Shown here: positions 1-10,913 of the stretch, piece after piece | Position numbering within the stretch: the stretch's first letter is position 1 | Layout of the letters: each line of letters opens with the position of its first letter | Position numbers and translations under genes: made by a program | Assembly: GCA_003240855.1 (NCBI GenBank) | Contig: QFNN01000003.1 | Location: 5,413 to 69,412 of the forward strand | Direction: 5' to 3' | DNA length: 64,000 nucleotides | Source: Sphingomonas sanxanigenens | Lineage (GTDB): Bacteria; Pseudomonadota; Alphaproteobacteria; Sphingomonadales; Sphingomonadaceae | Notes under the pieces: generated by a model | What the model was told of the DNA's origin: nothing | Database searches by the model: none | The model's input: the letters and a program-made list of their open reading frames with translations, nothing else

Positions 1-1
1 T

Positions 2-112
2 GACCGCATCGTGCAGCGCCACTTCGGCCTGACCGACGACAACGCCGCGCTCGCTGGCGGGCAGATCGCCGCTGACATCGAGGTGAGCAAGGCGCTCGCC
101 AAGAAGGACTGA
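2..112 (+). CDS. 3' end of an ORF that starts outside the window (...DRIVQRHFGLTDDNAALAGGQIAADIEVSKALAKKD*), function unknown
   Basis: The frame is open from the window edge to TGA at 110-112. The next ORF starts 5 nt later. No recognisable motif. Confidence 0.3.
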   Translation, partial: DRIVQRHFGLTDDNAALAGGQIAADIEVSKALAKKD

Positions 113-117
113 CCACA

Positions 118-342
118 GTGTCGGGCCTCCGGGCACTACAGCGTCGCGTGGCGAAGCTGGAGACCGCTCGGAAGCCGCGACCGTCACCCATCGTCATCAT
201 GTGCGGCTCGTTCGACGAGTTCGCCGACACCGCCTACGCGGAGGTAGAAGCGGGCAAGCTGGCAGGGGACTTCCTGCGAATCCTCGACACGCTCCGCACA
301 TGGGACGAGGGCGGGGTATGGGCGTTGGCATATGCCCGCTGA
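118..342 (+). CDS. hypothetical small protein (74 aa), possible mobile-element cargo
   Basis: GTG start preceded by AAGGA. It sits in a tightly packed small-ORF string next to a tRNA 3' end. No recognisable domain. Confidence 0.35.
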   Translation: MSGLRALQRRVAKLETARKPRPSPIVIMCGSFDEFADTAYAEVEAGKLAGDFLRILDTLRTWDEGGVWALAYAR

Positions 343-691
343 CGGTGAACCCGCGTGGCTACTAGCGTGGCAGGACCAGCAGAGTCGGCCAGCACCGCCG
401 CCAGCGCCTAAACCGCCGCGTCCCAAGTCGGCAGACGGGTTGCATGTGCCGCTCCGTATGCGCGGGCAGGCCGCCGCCATCGGTATCATCGAACCGGACC
501 CTTGGCCGTTCGACGGGTGCAAGCGTCGCGAGCCGGTGACGGACGAGGATCACCCGGGCCGTGTGGTCAGGAAGGTTGGCTGGCACCGCTGTCTCAAGTG
601 CCGCCGTCCATTCTTCTCAGAGGACGTGCTGCGCCTGCGCCTGTGCAGCGGCGCTCAGGGATGCCGGGGAGATGAAGATAGGTTTCGATGA
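332..691 (+). CDS. hypothetical protein (119 aa) with a Pro-rich N-terminal half and a C-terminal Cys cluster (CLKC...LC...GC)
   Basis: ATG overlaps the preceding ORF by 11 nt. The CxxC-containing tail suggests a zinc-ribbon-like fold. No family recognised. Confidence 0.4.
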   Translation: MPADGEPAWLLAWQDQQSRPAPPPAPKPPRPKSADGLHVPLRMRGQAAAIGIIEPDPWPFDGCKRREPVTDEDHPGRVVRKVGWHRCLKCRRPFFSEDVLRLRLCSGAQGCRGDEDRFR

Positions 692-810
692 GACAGGTTC
701 GCGGGGTAAGTCCTTCCCTCGCGCCGAGGCATAGCGGTTCGTTCCTCGTTAAATCCAACGGCCGCGCCAGCGGGGATGGTCTTGCCTTTCCTCCTACGTC
801 CTGACGCTGT

Positions 811-844
811 GCAGCGCCTCGTGCCCTCGGGTGCGGGGCGCTGC
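811..844 (+). terminator. GC-rich stem-loop (GCAGCGCC / GGCGCTGC, 18-nt loop) downstream of ORF 332..691; possible terminator
   Basis: A perfect 8-bp inverted repeat is visible in the sequence. No clear T-tract follows, so terminator function is uncertain. Confidence 0.3.
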
Positions 845-852
845 TGTTAGCA

Positions 853-913
853 GCTAGAGCGGCTAGAAATACGCTAGAAGGCGCGCGCCGCTGGCCTACG
901 CTGCGGCGCTAGA
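853..913. repeat. four direct copies of GCTAGA (853-858, 862-867, 873-878, 908-913)
   Basis: Read directly from the sequence. Spacings are 9, 11 and 35 nt, and the patch lies 35-95 bp from the tRNA-Lys 3' end. Confidence 0.6.
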
Positions 914-947
914 CCTTCTCTAAGTGGCTGTTTTCATTGAGAGAAAG

Positions 948-1023
<76 letters not shown>

Positions 1024-1128
1024 ACTCGGGAGGCGGCGAAATGGTCGATCGGGGCCGCGCAGTCAACCCATATCGACGAAAATATTTGTCCTTTCGCGCA
1101 ATCGTCGGTTCGACGGGCTTTTTTAGGG

Positions 1129-2247
1129 TCAGCGCAGGCCGCCGCGACGCGGCTGGCGGTCGAGCGACATCAATATGCCGAGGCAGATCATCACCGTCAT
1201 CATCGCCGATCCGCCGAAGGAGACGAGGGGCAAGGGGATGCCGACCACCGGCGCCAGCCCCATCACCATCATCAGGTTGATCGCCATGTAGAAGAAGATC
1301 GAGGTCGCTAGCCCTGCCGCCGTCAGCTTGGCGAAGCGCGATTCGGCCTTGATCCCGACGTTGAGACCCCAGCGCACGACGAGGATGAAGGCGACGATCA
1401 GGAACAGCCCGCCGGCGAGCCCCCATTCCTCCGCCATCGTTGCGAACACGAAGTCGGTATGCCCTTCAGGCAGATAGTCGAGATGGCTCTGCGTCCCGTT
1501 GAGGAAACCCTTGCCGAACACGCCGCCCGATCCGATTGCGATCTTCGACTGGCTGATATGATAGCCGGTGCCGAGCGGATCGGATTCGGGATCAAGGAAG
1601 ATCAGCACGCGGTTGCGCTGGTAATCGTGCAGCATCGAGAAGGCGATCGGCATGGCGGCTGCGAGAAGCGCGCCGCCGCCGACGAAGAGCCGAAGCGGAA
1701 TACCGGCGAGGAACATCACTGTCACCGCGCCGAAGATGATCATCATGGCTGTCCCGAGATCGGGCTGGAGCATGACCAGTCCTGCCGGCACTGCGAGCAG
1801 CGCGGCTGCGGGCCAGACCGCGTTGAGCGATCGCAATTGCGCCGCAGGGAGCAGCGAATAGAAACGCGCGAGCGCAAGCACGATCGCCGGCTTCATGAAC
1901 TCCGAAGGCTGGAGCCGAATGAAGCCGAGGTCGATCCAGCGCTGGCTGCCGCCGCTCACCTTGCCCATCAGTTCGACTGCCGCGAGCATCAGCACGATCA
2001 CGACATAGGCAGGGAAGGCGAGCTGCTGCCAGACTTCCTCCCGCACGCGCGACAGCAGGATCGCGCCGCCGAGGAATATAACGAACTTGACGCCCTGCGA
2101 GGCCGCCCAGGGGGTGAAGCTGCCGCCCGCCGCCGAATAAAGCACGGTCAGGCCGAAGCCGGTAATTGCGAGGATGAGGAACAGCAGCCGCCAGGGTAGC
2201 TGGCGGAGCGGCGCGGGGATGATCCCGGGGCGGCTGAGGCGGCTCAT
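1129..2247 (-). CDS. rodA: SEDS-family peptidoglycan glycosyltransferase RodA
   Basis: 372-aa polytopic membrane protein with typical FtsW/RodA/SpoVE sequence (QPSEFMKP, DLGT, HTDFVF). It is the last gene of the mre operon and has an ATGA overlap with mrdA. Confidence 0.95.
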   Translation of the reverse strand: MSRLSRPGIIPAPLRQLPWRLLFLILAITGFGLTVLYSAAGGSFTPWAASQGVKFVIFLGGAILLSRVREEVWQQLAFPAYVVIVLMLAAVELMGKVSGGSQRWIDLGFIRLQPSEFMKPAIVLALARFYSLLPAAQLRSLNAVWPAAALLAVPAGLVMLQPDLGTAMMIIFGAVTVMFLAGIPLRLFVGGGALLAAAMPIAFSMLHDYQRNRVLIFLDPESDPLGTGYHISQSKIAIGSGGVFGKGFLNGTQSHLDYLPEGHTDFVFATMAEEWGLAGGLFLIVAFILVVRWGLNVGIKAESRFAKLTAAGLATSIFFYMAINLMMVMGLAPVVGIPLPLVSFGGSAMMTVMICLGILMSLDRQPRRGGLR

Positions 2248-4268
2248 TGCTGATCGTCCGTATCGGCGGCTTCGGGGGATGCGGCGGGAGAGGGGGGCGT
2301 CATGTTGTCGCCGGCCGCTGCGCTGGCCGCCGCCTGGGCTGCGGCTGTTCCGTCGCGCGCCGCTTTGAACGCCGCTTCCTCGGCAGCCATGCGGGTCGTG
2401 AAATCGCCGCCCCAGGTCGGCTCCACCTCGGCGAGGCTGGCCATCGCGCGTTCCTGATCGAAGAGATAGGTCATGATGTCGCGACCGATCAGCGGCGTAT
2501 CGAGGTTGCGGACGGTATGGCCGTTATGCTCGAGCACGATTGCCGCAGCGTAGCGCGGATTATCAGCGGGAGCGAAGCAGACGAATAGCGCATGGTCGCG
2601 CAGCTTGAACGGCAGCGCGGCATTCTTGAGCACGCCCGCGCGCCGTTCGGCCATGGTGATGCGCCTGACCTGCGCGGTGCCGGTTTTTGCCGCCAGCATG
2701 ACGCCCGGGACCTGCAGGCGCGCAGCGCCGCCCGTGCCGCCGCCATTGACCACGCCCGACATCGCGTCGCGCACGATGGCGAGATGCTCGGGATCGATGT
2801 CGAGCGCGGGCGCCTCATGACGCTGCTGCTTCATAAACAGCACCGGGTCGAGCGCGCGCCCCGATGCGATACGCGAAGCCATGACGGCGAGCTGGAGCGG
2901 GTTGGCGAGCACATAGCCCTGGCCGATCGAGGCGTTGAGCGAATCCGCGACCGTCCAGCTCGTCTTGTAGCGCCGTTCCTTCCACTGGCTGTCGGGCACG
3001 GTGCCGTAACGCTGGCTGGCGAAGGGCAGATCGAACTTCTGCCCCAGCCCGGTCATCCGCGCGACCTCTGCGACGCGGTCATAGCCCAGCCGGCGAACCA
3101 TTTCGTAGAAATAGATGTCGCAGCTCTGCATGATCGCATGCTTGAGGTCGAGCGCGCCATGCCCGCCGCGCTTGTGGCAGTGGAAAACGCCGTTGCCGAC
3201 GCGCAGCGCGCCGGTGCAGACGACGCGTTCGTCGGGGCTGACGCCGGCGCGCATCAGCGCCAGTCCGTTCATCGGTTTGACGGTCGATCCGGGCGGGTAA
3301 AGACCTTGCGTCACCTTGTTCATCAAGGGGACGTGATCGTTGCTCGACAGCATGTCCCATTCGAGGTGGCTTATCCCGTCCGAGAAGCTGCTCGGGTCGT
3401 AGGCGGGCATGGAGACCATCGCCAGCATCTCGCCCGTGCGACAGTCGAACACCACGGCCGATCCCGAATTGGTGCCCAGCCGCCGCGCCGCATAAAGTTG
3501 CAGCCCGGCGTCGATCGTCAGCCGCACTGATTTGCCCGGCGTGTCGGGCTGCGTGGTAAGTTCGCGCACGACCTTGCCGCGCGCGGTGACCTCGACACGC
3601 TTGGCGCCCGGTTTGCCGCGCAGCACGGGCTCCAGCGTGCGTTCCAGCCCGTCCTTGCCGACCTTGAAGCCCGGGGTGACGAGCAATGGATCATGCGTCT
3701 TTTTATAATCGTCGGCCGATGCGCCGCCGACATAGCCGATCAGATGCGCGACCGCCGCGCCATCGGGGTAGTAGCGCGAATAGCCGCGCGCGGGCGCGAC
3801 GCCAGGCATTTCGTTGAGGCGCACGCTGACCGCCGCATAATGGTCCCAATCGAGATTTTCGGCGACCTGCACAGGCTGAAATCCCGCGCTTTTGTCCAGA
3901 TCCTCGCGGATGCGTTCGATCTCATCATCGCTGAGGCCAAGGATCTGGCGCAGCGCGGCGAGCGTGCGATCCGCGTCGGCGAGCCGTTCCGGGATCAGGT
4001 CGACGCGGAAGTCGGTACGGTTGATCGCGATCGGCTTGCCGTGGCGGTCGATGATCCACCCGCGCCGGGGCGGCACGAGCGTCATGTTCACGCGGTTGCT
4101 TTCGGACAAAAGCTTGTAGTGATCGTTCTCGACCACTGAGAGCCATGCCATGCGCCCGGCGAGCAGCGCGCCGACGCCTGCCTGCGCCGCGCCCAGGAAC
4201 AGCGCGCGGCGCGTGAAGATGAATCCCTGGCCGGCTTCGGAGACTTGCCGGCTGCCGAACAGCTTCAT
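2244..4268 (-). CDS. mrdA: penicillin-binding protein 2 (elongasome transpeptidase)
   Basis: PBP dimerisation and transpeptidase domains with STVKP (SxxK), SCD (SxN-like) and KTGTA motifs. I placed the start at the ATG forming an ATGA overlap with the mreD stop; an in-frame ATG at 4283 is the alternative. Confidence 0.93.
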   Translation of the reverse strand: MKLFGSRQVSEAGQGFIFTRRALFLGAAQAGVGALLAGRMAWLSVVENDHYKLLSESNRVNMTLVPPRRGWIIDRHGKPIAINRTDFRVDLIPERLADADRTLAALRQILGLSDDEIERIREDLDKSAGFQPVQVAENLDWDHYAAVSVRLNEMPGVAPARGYSRYYPDGAAVAHLIGYVGGASADDYKKTHDPLLVTPGFKVGKDGLERTLEPVLRGKPGAKRVEVTARGKVVRELTTQPDTPGKSVRLTIDAGLQLYAARRLGTNSGSAVVFDCRTGEMLAMVSMPAYDPSSFSDGISHLEWDMLSSNDHVPLMNKVTQGLYPPGSTVKPMNGLALMRAGVSPDERVVCTGALRVGNGVFHCHKRGGHGALDLKHAIMQSCDIYFYEMVRRLGYDRVAEVARMTGLGQKFDLPFASQRYGTVPDSQWKERRYKTSWTVADSLNASIGQGYVLANPLQLAVMASRIASGRALDPVLFMKQQRHEAPALDIDPEHLAIVRDAMSGVVNGGGTGGAARLQVPGVMLAAKTGTAQVRRITMAERRAGVLKNAALPFKLRDHALFVCFAPADNPRYAAAIVLEHNGHTVRNLDTPLIGRDIMTYLFDQERAMASLAEVEPTWGGDFTTRMAAEEAAFKAARDGTAAAQAAASAAAGDNMTPPSPAASPEAADTDDQQ

Positions 4269-4780
4269 CGCAGCAGCCGCCACCGGTCAAGCGCCGCGCA
4301 GAAGCGGACGACGAGAGGGAAAAGCAGGATCGAGGCGATAATCTGTGGCACGACGACGCGAACAGGACCTCCCCCGCCGGTCATGGCCGCGATCATGAAG
4401 TTCGCGACGATCACGAAGCTGATGATCCCGGCGGCGACCAGCCAGTCCTGCCAGTAATCGCGCCAGCGCAGCCGCTTGTCGATGGCTTCGATGACGAGGA
4501 AGGCGAGCGTCCAACTGAGCATCGCGCTGCCCAGCGGCTGGCCGCTGAACAGATCGTCCCAGAGCCCCAGCGGTAGCGGCGCCCAGATGCGCCAGAACTC
4601 GGGGCGCAGCAGACGCCAGGCGAGCAGGACCAGGAAGCTGAGCGGCGGCAGGATCGGCGCCTGTGCGACGAGCGGCAGGAGGCTGGCGAGGGCGGCGGCC
4701 ATTGTTGAAGCGATGGGCACGGCGCGCGCGCGCAGGCTCAGCGTGAGCTGGCTCGTCTCCATCCCGACGAGGCGCGTCAT
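4265..4780 (-). CDS. mreD: rod shape-determining protein MreD
   Basis: 171-aa hydrophobic protein lying between mreC and mrdA. The 4-nt overlap with mreC is typical operon placement. Confidence 0.85.
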   Translation of the reverse strand: MTRLVGMETSQLTLSLRARAVPIASTMAAALASLLPLVAQAPILPPLSFLVLLAWRLLRPEFWRIWAPLPLGLWDDLFSGQPLGSAMLSWTLAFLVIEAIDKRLRWRDYWQDWLVAAGIISFVIVANFMIAAMTGGGGPVRVVVPQIIASILLFPLVVRFCAALDRWRLLR

Positions 4781-5667
4781 TGGCGGGCCGGCGCTGCCGG
4801 CGGCGGTGCCAGCGGCTTTTCGATAGCGGGCTGGAATAGCGGCTCGACGATCGCGAAATCGGTTTGCGCGGGATCGGCGAGGGGCCGCGCGACGGTCTGG
4901 TCGCCCGCAACGCGGACCACAACGGCGACGGGAATGTCAGGCGCGTAAACGCCGCCGACGCCCGAGGTTACGAACACATCGCCGGCCTTGAAGGGGTTGT
5001 CGCCGGCGCCGAGCGCGCGCAGGTCGATCGCGCCTTCGCCCGTGCCTGTCGCGATCGCAGGCAGGCCGTCCTTGGCGCGGCGCACGGGAACGACCGTGCC
5101 GCCGTCGGTCAGCAGTGCGATCTGCGCCGTCGTATGGCCGACGGCGACCACGCGGCCGATCAGCCCCGCTGCGGCGCGGACCGGCATGCCCGCACGCACG
5201 CCGTCGGCATAACCCGCGTTCATCACCGCGAAACGCCGGCTGCTGGTCAGCGAGGAACTGACGAGGCGCGCGATCGCGACGCGCTGCGGCATCTTTTCAG
5301 TCACGCGCAGCACGGCCTTCAGGCGGACATTCTCGGCCTCGATCGCGCGGGCGCGGGCAAGCTCGATACGGTGTTGCTCAAGCTCGGCGGTGAGCGCGCG
5401 GTTCTTGGAGCCGGCGTTGATGTAGGCCGCGACTTCATCGACGACGCGCTCGCCGCCACGCGCTGCGCTGCGCCCGATACCGGAAATCGGCGCGGTCAGA
5501 TCGCTCATCATGGCGCGGATCGCGCCAAAGCCGGTCGGGTCGAAAATCGCCGCTGCAATCAGCAAGAGCGCAAAGACCGCCCCCGCGATCGTTGCGACAT
5601 AGCCGATGAACAGCCCATATTGGGCCCTGCGCGAATAACCCGGCCGCCGGTTTCTGGGCGGCGCCAT
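4777..5667 (-). CDS. mreC: rod shape-determining protein MreC
   Basis: N-terminal TM segment, a coiled-coil region and beta-rich domains typical of MreC. It is downstream of mreB. Confidence 0.9.
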   Translation of the reverse strand: MAPPRNRRPGYSRRAQYGLFIGYVATIAGAVFALLLIAAAIFDPTGFGAIRAMMSDLTAPISGIGRSAARGGERVVDEVAAYINAGSKNRALTAELEQHRIELARARAIEAENVRLKAVLRVTEKMPQRVAIARLVSSSLTSSRRFAVMNAGYADGVRAGMPVRAAAGLIGRVVAVGHTTAQIALLTDGGTVVPVRRAKDGLPAIATGTGEGAIDLRALGAGDNPFKAGDVFVTSGVGGVYAPDIPVAVVVRVAGDQTVARPLADPAQTDFAIVEPLFQPAIEKPLAPPPAAPARQ

Positions 5668-5771
5668 CGTCGTCTCCCTAACGCGCGTTCACGCCCGTGC
5701 GGGCAGGGCGCGACTGTCGCGAACCGGCCCGCGCGGGGATGAGCGGTCGGAGAAGGCGGCCACGCGCGCCC

Positions 5772-6818
<1,047 letters not shown>

Positions 6819-6952
6819 TTACGTCCTGTCTGTGTCTCGCCCTGGCCGCTTTCGCGGCCTTGCCCGTCCCGTCGCCCCCGTCCGGCGCCGCGCCAAAAAA
6901 ATAGGTAAACGCCGGGATGCGGGATGAGGCCGCTTGGGCTAGACACCAGCCC

Positions 6953-8701
6953 ATGTCAATACGCCGCCTGCCTTCGCATCTCGTCAATCGCATAGCTGCC
7001 GGTGAAGTGGTCGAAAGGCCGGCCAGCGCGCTCAAGGAACTGGTTGAGAACGCCATCGACGCGGGGGCGACTCGCATCGCAGTGAAGCTTGTTTCGGGGG
7101 GCGCCGATCTCGTCGAGGTGACGGACGACGGCTGCGGCATGACGCCCGCGGACATGGCGCTCGCGCTCGAACGCCATGCTACGTCGAAGCTGCCCGACGA
7201 CGCGATCGAGGCCGTCACCACGCTCGGTTTCAGGGGCGAGGCGCTGCCGTCGATCGCCAGCGTCGCGCGCCTCACCCTCGAATCGCGGGTGCGCGGTTCG
7301 GATGGGTGGAGCCGCGTCGTCGACAATGGCGAACTGGTGGGCGAGGGGCCGGCGGCGCTTCCGCCCGGCACGCGCGTCCGGGTCGAGGCGCTGTTCGACA
7401 AGGTGCCGGCGCGCCGTAAGTTCATGCGCTCGCCGCGTTCCGAATATGCTGCGTGCCTCGATGTCATGCGCCGGCTCGCGATGGCGCGGCCCGAGATCGG
7501 CTTTTCGGTCGAGCATGATGGGCGGACTGCCTTCTCGGTCCCGCCGGGCGAGGACCGGCCGGGCCGGGTCGCGGCGCTCACCGATCGCGCGCTTGCCGAC
7601 AACAGCGTGGCGGTCGATCTGGCGCGCGAGGGCGTGACGCTCGGCGGCGTCGCCGGCCTGCCGACCTTCAATCGGGGCGTCGCCGATCATCAATATCTCT
7701 TCGTCAACGGTCGCCCGGTGAAGGACCGGCTGCTCGTCGGCAGCGTGCGCGGCGCCTATGCCGATGTGCTGGCGCGCGACCGGCACCCGGTGGTCGCGTT
7801 GTTCCTGGATGTCCCGACCGACGCCGTCGACGTGAACGTCCATCCCGCCAAGACCGAAGTCCGCTTTCGCGATCCCGGCCTGATCCGGGGCATGATCGTC
7901 AGCGGGCTGCGCCATGCCCTCGATGCGGCGGGGCATCGCAGCGTCCAGCGCCCATCGGCCGCCGCCCTTGGCGCCTGGCGGGCGGAACCGCTCGCGCCCG
8001 ATTGGGCGCCGATGCCGCGCCAGCAGACGCAGCATGCCGTCTGGGATCGCACGGCCGGCTTTTCCGCGCCGCCGATGGCGCGCAGCGAGCCGGCCTATGC
8101 GCCGCCGCCGGAGCCTGTCTCCTATCCGCTCGGCGTCGCACGCGGGCAGGTGGCCAGGACCTATATCGTCGCGGAAGCCGAGGATGGGCTGGTGATCGTC
8201 GATCAGCATGCCGCGCACGAAAGGCTGGTGCTCGAACGGATGCGCAAGGCGACGGCCAATGGCGGCGTCGCGCGACAGGCGCTGCTCCTCCCCGAAGTCG
8301 TGGAGCTCGACGAGCCGGCCTGCGACCGGCTTGAGGCGCGCATCGCCGAGCTGTCCGATTTCGGGTTGGAACTTGAGCGCTTCGGCCCCTCCGCTGTGCT
8401 GGTCCGCGCGACCCCGGCGATGCTGGGCGCGGGCGACGTCAAAGGCCTCGTTACCGATCTTGCGGATGAACTGACCGCCTTCGATCAGGCCTTGTCGCTC
8501 AAGGAGCGCCTCGATCTGGTCGCCGCGACGATGGCGTGCCATGGGTCGGTTCGCGCTGGTCGTATCCTTTCGGTCGCCGAGATGAACGCGCTGCTCCGCG
8601 AGATGGAAGTCACGCCGCATAGCGGCCAGTGCAACCACGGCCGTCCGACTTGGGTGAAACTGGCGCATGGCGATATCGAGAAGTTGTTCGGTCGGAAATG
8701 A
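6953..8701 (+). CDS. mutL: DNA mismatch repair protein MutL
   Basis: N-terminal GHKL ATPase motifs ([31 protein letters not shown]) and a C-terminal dimerisation/endonuclease region. The start is set at MSIRRLP, 36 nt inside the listed ORF. Confidence 0.95.
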   Translation: MSIRRLPSHLVNRIAAGEVVERPASALKELVENAIDAGATRIAVKLVSGGADLVEVTDDGCGMTPADMALALERHATSKLPDDAIEAVTTLGFRGEALPSIASVARLTLESRVRGSDGWSRVVDNGELVGEGPAALPPGTRVRVEALFDKVPARRKFMRSPRSEYAACLDVMRRLAMARPEIGFSVEHDGRTAFSVPPGEDRPGRVAALTDRALADNSVAVDLAREGVTLGGVAGLPTFNRGVADHQYLFVNGRPVKDRLLVGSVRGAYADVLARDRHPVVALFLDVPTDAVDVNVHPAKTEVRFRDPGLIRGMIVSGLRHALDAAGHRSVQRPSAAALGAWRAEPLAPDWAPMPRQQTQHAVWDRTAGFSAPPMARSEPAYAPPPEPVSYPLGVARGQVARTYIVAEAEDGLVIVDQHAAHERLVLERMRKATANGGVARQALLLPEVVELDEPACDRLEARIAELSDFGLELERFGPSAVLVRATPAMLGAGDVKGLVTDLADELTAFDQALSLKERLDLVAATMACHGSVRAGRILSVAEMNALLREMEVTPHSGQCNHGRPTWVKLAHGDIEKLFGRK

Positions 8702-9096
8702 GGGGAATGCGCGCGGTGCTCAGGGACATGTTCGGCAGCTTTTCGTCGGGGCGGATCGGGCGACTGCGCTTTGTCGGCCTTACCCTGCTGCTTGACGTCG
8801 CGCTCGTCGCGGTAGGGCTGCTGTTCGGACTGTTTGCAGGCGTCATGGAACGGCTCGATCCCTATCGGACTCTGACCGCCAATGGCCCGATTCTGCCTGC
8901 GCTGGGCCTGACGGCCTTCACGATCATTGTCGCGGTCTCGCTGCTGGTGATTTTCGGCACGCTCAATCTTGTCGCCAAGCGCGCCCGGGACATCGGATGG
9001 AGTCCTGAGCTGCTCCTTATTCTGTGCGTGATGTTTTCGGGCGTGACTTGGATCGTGCTTGCGATCGTGCCGGGCAAGGCGGACGCTGCGGCCTAA
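8698..9096 (+). CDS. DUF805-family inner-membrane protein
   Basis: Motifs SGRIGRLRF...KRARDIGWS with 3-4 TM segments. The ATG overlaps the mutL stop (ATGA). Confidence 0.7.
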   Translation: MRGMRAVLRDMFGSFSSGRIGRLRFVGLTLLLDVALVAVGLLFGLFAGVMERLDPYRTLTANGPILPALGLTAFTIIVAVSLLVIFGTLNLVAKRARDIGWSPELLLILCVMFSGVTWIVLAIVPGKADAAA

Positions 9097-9998
9097 TCGC
9101 CCGCGCTCGCGACGGCCGTGCGCTCGCGGTGCAGCCGATGCTCGCGATAGACGATGTAAAGGCCGCTCGCCACAATGATCGGCGCCCCGATCCATGTGGC
9201 AGCCGTCGGGAAGGTGCCGAACAGCGCGTGGCCGAGCAAGGTTGCCCAGAGCAGGTTGGAATAGTCCATCGGCAGCACGACCGAGACGGGGGCGAGCCGC
9301 AGCGAGACGGTGAGCATGAGTTGCGCCACGCCGCCGAGAAGCCCCAGCGCCACGAGCATCGCCATCGTCGCCGGATCATGCCAACGCCCGAAGTGGATCA
9401 TCGCCACGGCCAGCGGCGCGCTCGACAGGATGGTGAACCAGAATACGGTCGTCGTCGCGCTTTCCGTCTTGCCGATCTGACGGAGCGTGATGCTGACTGC
9501 CGCGACGACGACCGAAGCGGTGACGCCGACGAGCACGCCCAGTGGCGCGGCATGATGCCCGCCTGGTTGGGCGACGATGACGACGCCGGCGAACCCCACG
9601 ATCACGGCCGCCCAGCGATGGCGGCCCGTCGGCTCGTGCAGCACCAGCGCCGAAAGGATGGTCGCGAAGATCGGCACCGAGAAGAGGATCGTCGTCGCCT
9701 CGGCGAGCGGCAGCAGAAGATAGGTGGTGAAGTTGAGCGCCATGCCGGTCATGCCGACCGCCGAGCGCCAGACATGCGCGCCGAAGCGCTTCGTGCCGAG
9801 CGAACCGAAGCCCGGCCCGGCCGCGATCCATCCAAGAACGAGCGGAATGGCCAGCGCTTGCCGATAGAAAAGGCTTTCGACCAGATTGACCCCGCGCGCG
9901 CCGACCAGCTTCACCAGCGCGAACATCAACGACAGGCAGATGACCGAGGCGAGCCGTGCGCCGATCGCCAGCAGGCGGCGGTCCTGATGCGCGCTCAT
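9093..9998 (-). CDS. EamA/DMT-superfamily transporter
   Basis: 301 aa, about 10 TM helices and a duplicated EamA-like architecture. Confidence 0.85.
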   Translation of the reverse strand: MSAHQDRRLLAIGARLASVICLSLMFALVKLVGARGVNLVESLFYRQALAIPLVLGWIAAGPGFGSLGTKRFGAHVWRSAVGMTGMALNFTTYLLLPLAEATTILFSVPIFATILSALVLHEPTGRHRWAAVIVGFAGVVIVAQPGGHHAAPLGVLVGVTASVVVAAVSITLRQIGKTESATTTVFWFTILSSAPLAVAMIHFGRWHDPATMAMLVALGLLGGVAQLMLTVSLRLAPVSVVLPMDYSNLLWATLLGHALFGTFPTAATWIGAPIIVASGLYIVYREHRLHRERTAVASAGD

Positions 9999-10882
9999 CC
10001 TTCGCTCCCTTCGATCATCGGGCGCAGCTCGATCACCAGCGCGTCGAGCCAGTCCACGAAACGCGATACGCGCGAAACCCCACGCAGGTCGCGGTGGACG
10101 ACAAGCCAGAAGGTCCGGCGAATGTCGATCCGGTCGGGGAGCAGGCGCGCCAGTCGCGGATCGGCGTCGCCGATGAAACAGGGGATGATGCCAACGCCCG
10201 CTCCGCTCGCGATCATCGTCGCCTGTGCGGCGACGCTGGTGCTGGCGATCGACGCGGCAAGCCCTTCGCCGACATCCTCCAGATAGCGCAACTCGGGTGA
10301 ATAGATGAGGTCGGGGACATAGCCGACGAGCCGATGCCGCGCGAGATCTGCGATGCGCGCGATGCCGTCCGGCGCCGCATCGCGCGCGGCATAGAGCCCG
10401 AGCCGATAGTCGGTCATCTTGCGGACGAGGAGTGGTCCCGCCTTGGGGCGCGCCAGCATGATTGCGACATCCGCCTCCCGGCGCGACGGATTGAGAAAAC
10501 CGGTGGAGGCGACGAGTTCGACTGCAAGATCGGGGTTGGCGGCGGTGAAGCGCGCAAGGTGCGGTGCGATGATCGATCCACCGAACCCTTCGGAAACGCT
10601 AACGCGGATCGTGCCGCCGGGATGTCCGCCCTCCGCGTCGCTGACGCTCAGTGCGAGAGCGGCGCTTTCCATCGCCTCGGCGTGGGTCAGCAGTTCGACG
10701 CCGCGCGGGGTGAGGACGTGTCCGGCAGGCGTCAGCTCGAACAGGGTGCGCCCGAGCCGTGCTTCGAGCCTGGCGACGCGCCGCGCCACCGTGGTCGCGT
10801 CGATGCCCAGCCGCTGCCCCGCTGCGCTCAGCGTACCGGCGCGGGCGACGGCGAGGAAGATGCGGAGATCATCCCAGTTCAT
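9995..10882 (-). CDS. LysR-family transcriptional regulator, probable regulator of the divergent mms operon
   Basis: N-terminal wHTH (MNWDDLRIFLAVARAGTLSAAGQRLGIDATTVARRV) plus a LysR substrate-binding domain. It is divergent from mmsA. Confidence 0.9.
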   Translation of the reverse strand: MNWDDLRIFLAVARAGTLSAAGQRLGIDATTVARRVARLEARLGRTLFELTPAGHVLTPRGVELLTHAEAMESAALALSVSDAEGGHPGGTIRVSVSEGFGGSIIAPHLARFTAANPDLAVELVASTGFLNPSRREADVAIMLARPKAGPLLVRKMTDYRLGLYAARDAAPDGIARIADLARHRLVGYVPDLIYSPELRYLEDVGEGLAASIASTSVAAQATMIASGAGVGIIPCFIGDADPRLARLLPDRIDIRRTFWLVVHRDLRGVSRVSRFVDWLDALVIELRPMIEGSEG

Positions 10883-10895
10883 AACGCGCGCTTAT

Positions 10896-10913
10896 TGCTG
10901 CGATATTGCAGCA
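10896..10913. promoter_or_regulatory. candidate LysR operator: palindrome TGCTGC-GATATT-GCAGCA in the divergent promoter region
   Basis: Perfect 6-bp arms can be read in the sequence. The half-site TTGCAGCAGG recurs at 10977-10986, and there is an AGCAGG-N14-CCTGCT inverted repeat at 10910-10935. Confidence 0.45.

Noticed and set aside
1098-1126. Hairpin CGTCG-GTT-CGACG followed by GGC and T6, between tRNA-Lys and rodA
   Set aside because: The stem is only 5 bp. The T-run is on the plus strand, where no upstream plus-strand gene needs terminating. For rodA (minus strand) the A-run comes before the stem. It is not convincing as a terminator.
6956-8668. 570-aa minus-strand ORF opposite mutL. 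The same applies to 33899-35206, 36905-38563, 38968-40446, 20696-22138, 53803-55251 and 45172-46689.
   Set aside because: All are antisense to genes with clear conserved motifs, have Arg/Gly/Ala-biased composition and lack any motif. I treated them as non-coding.
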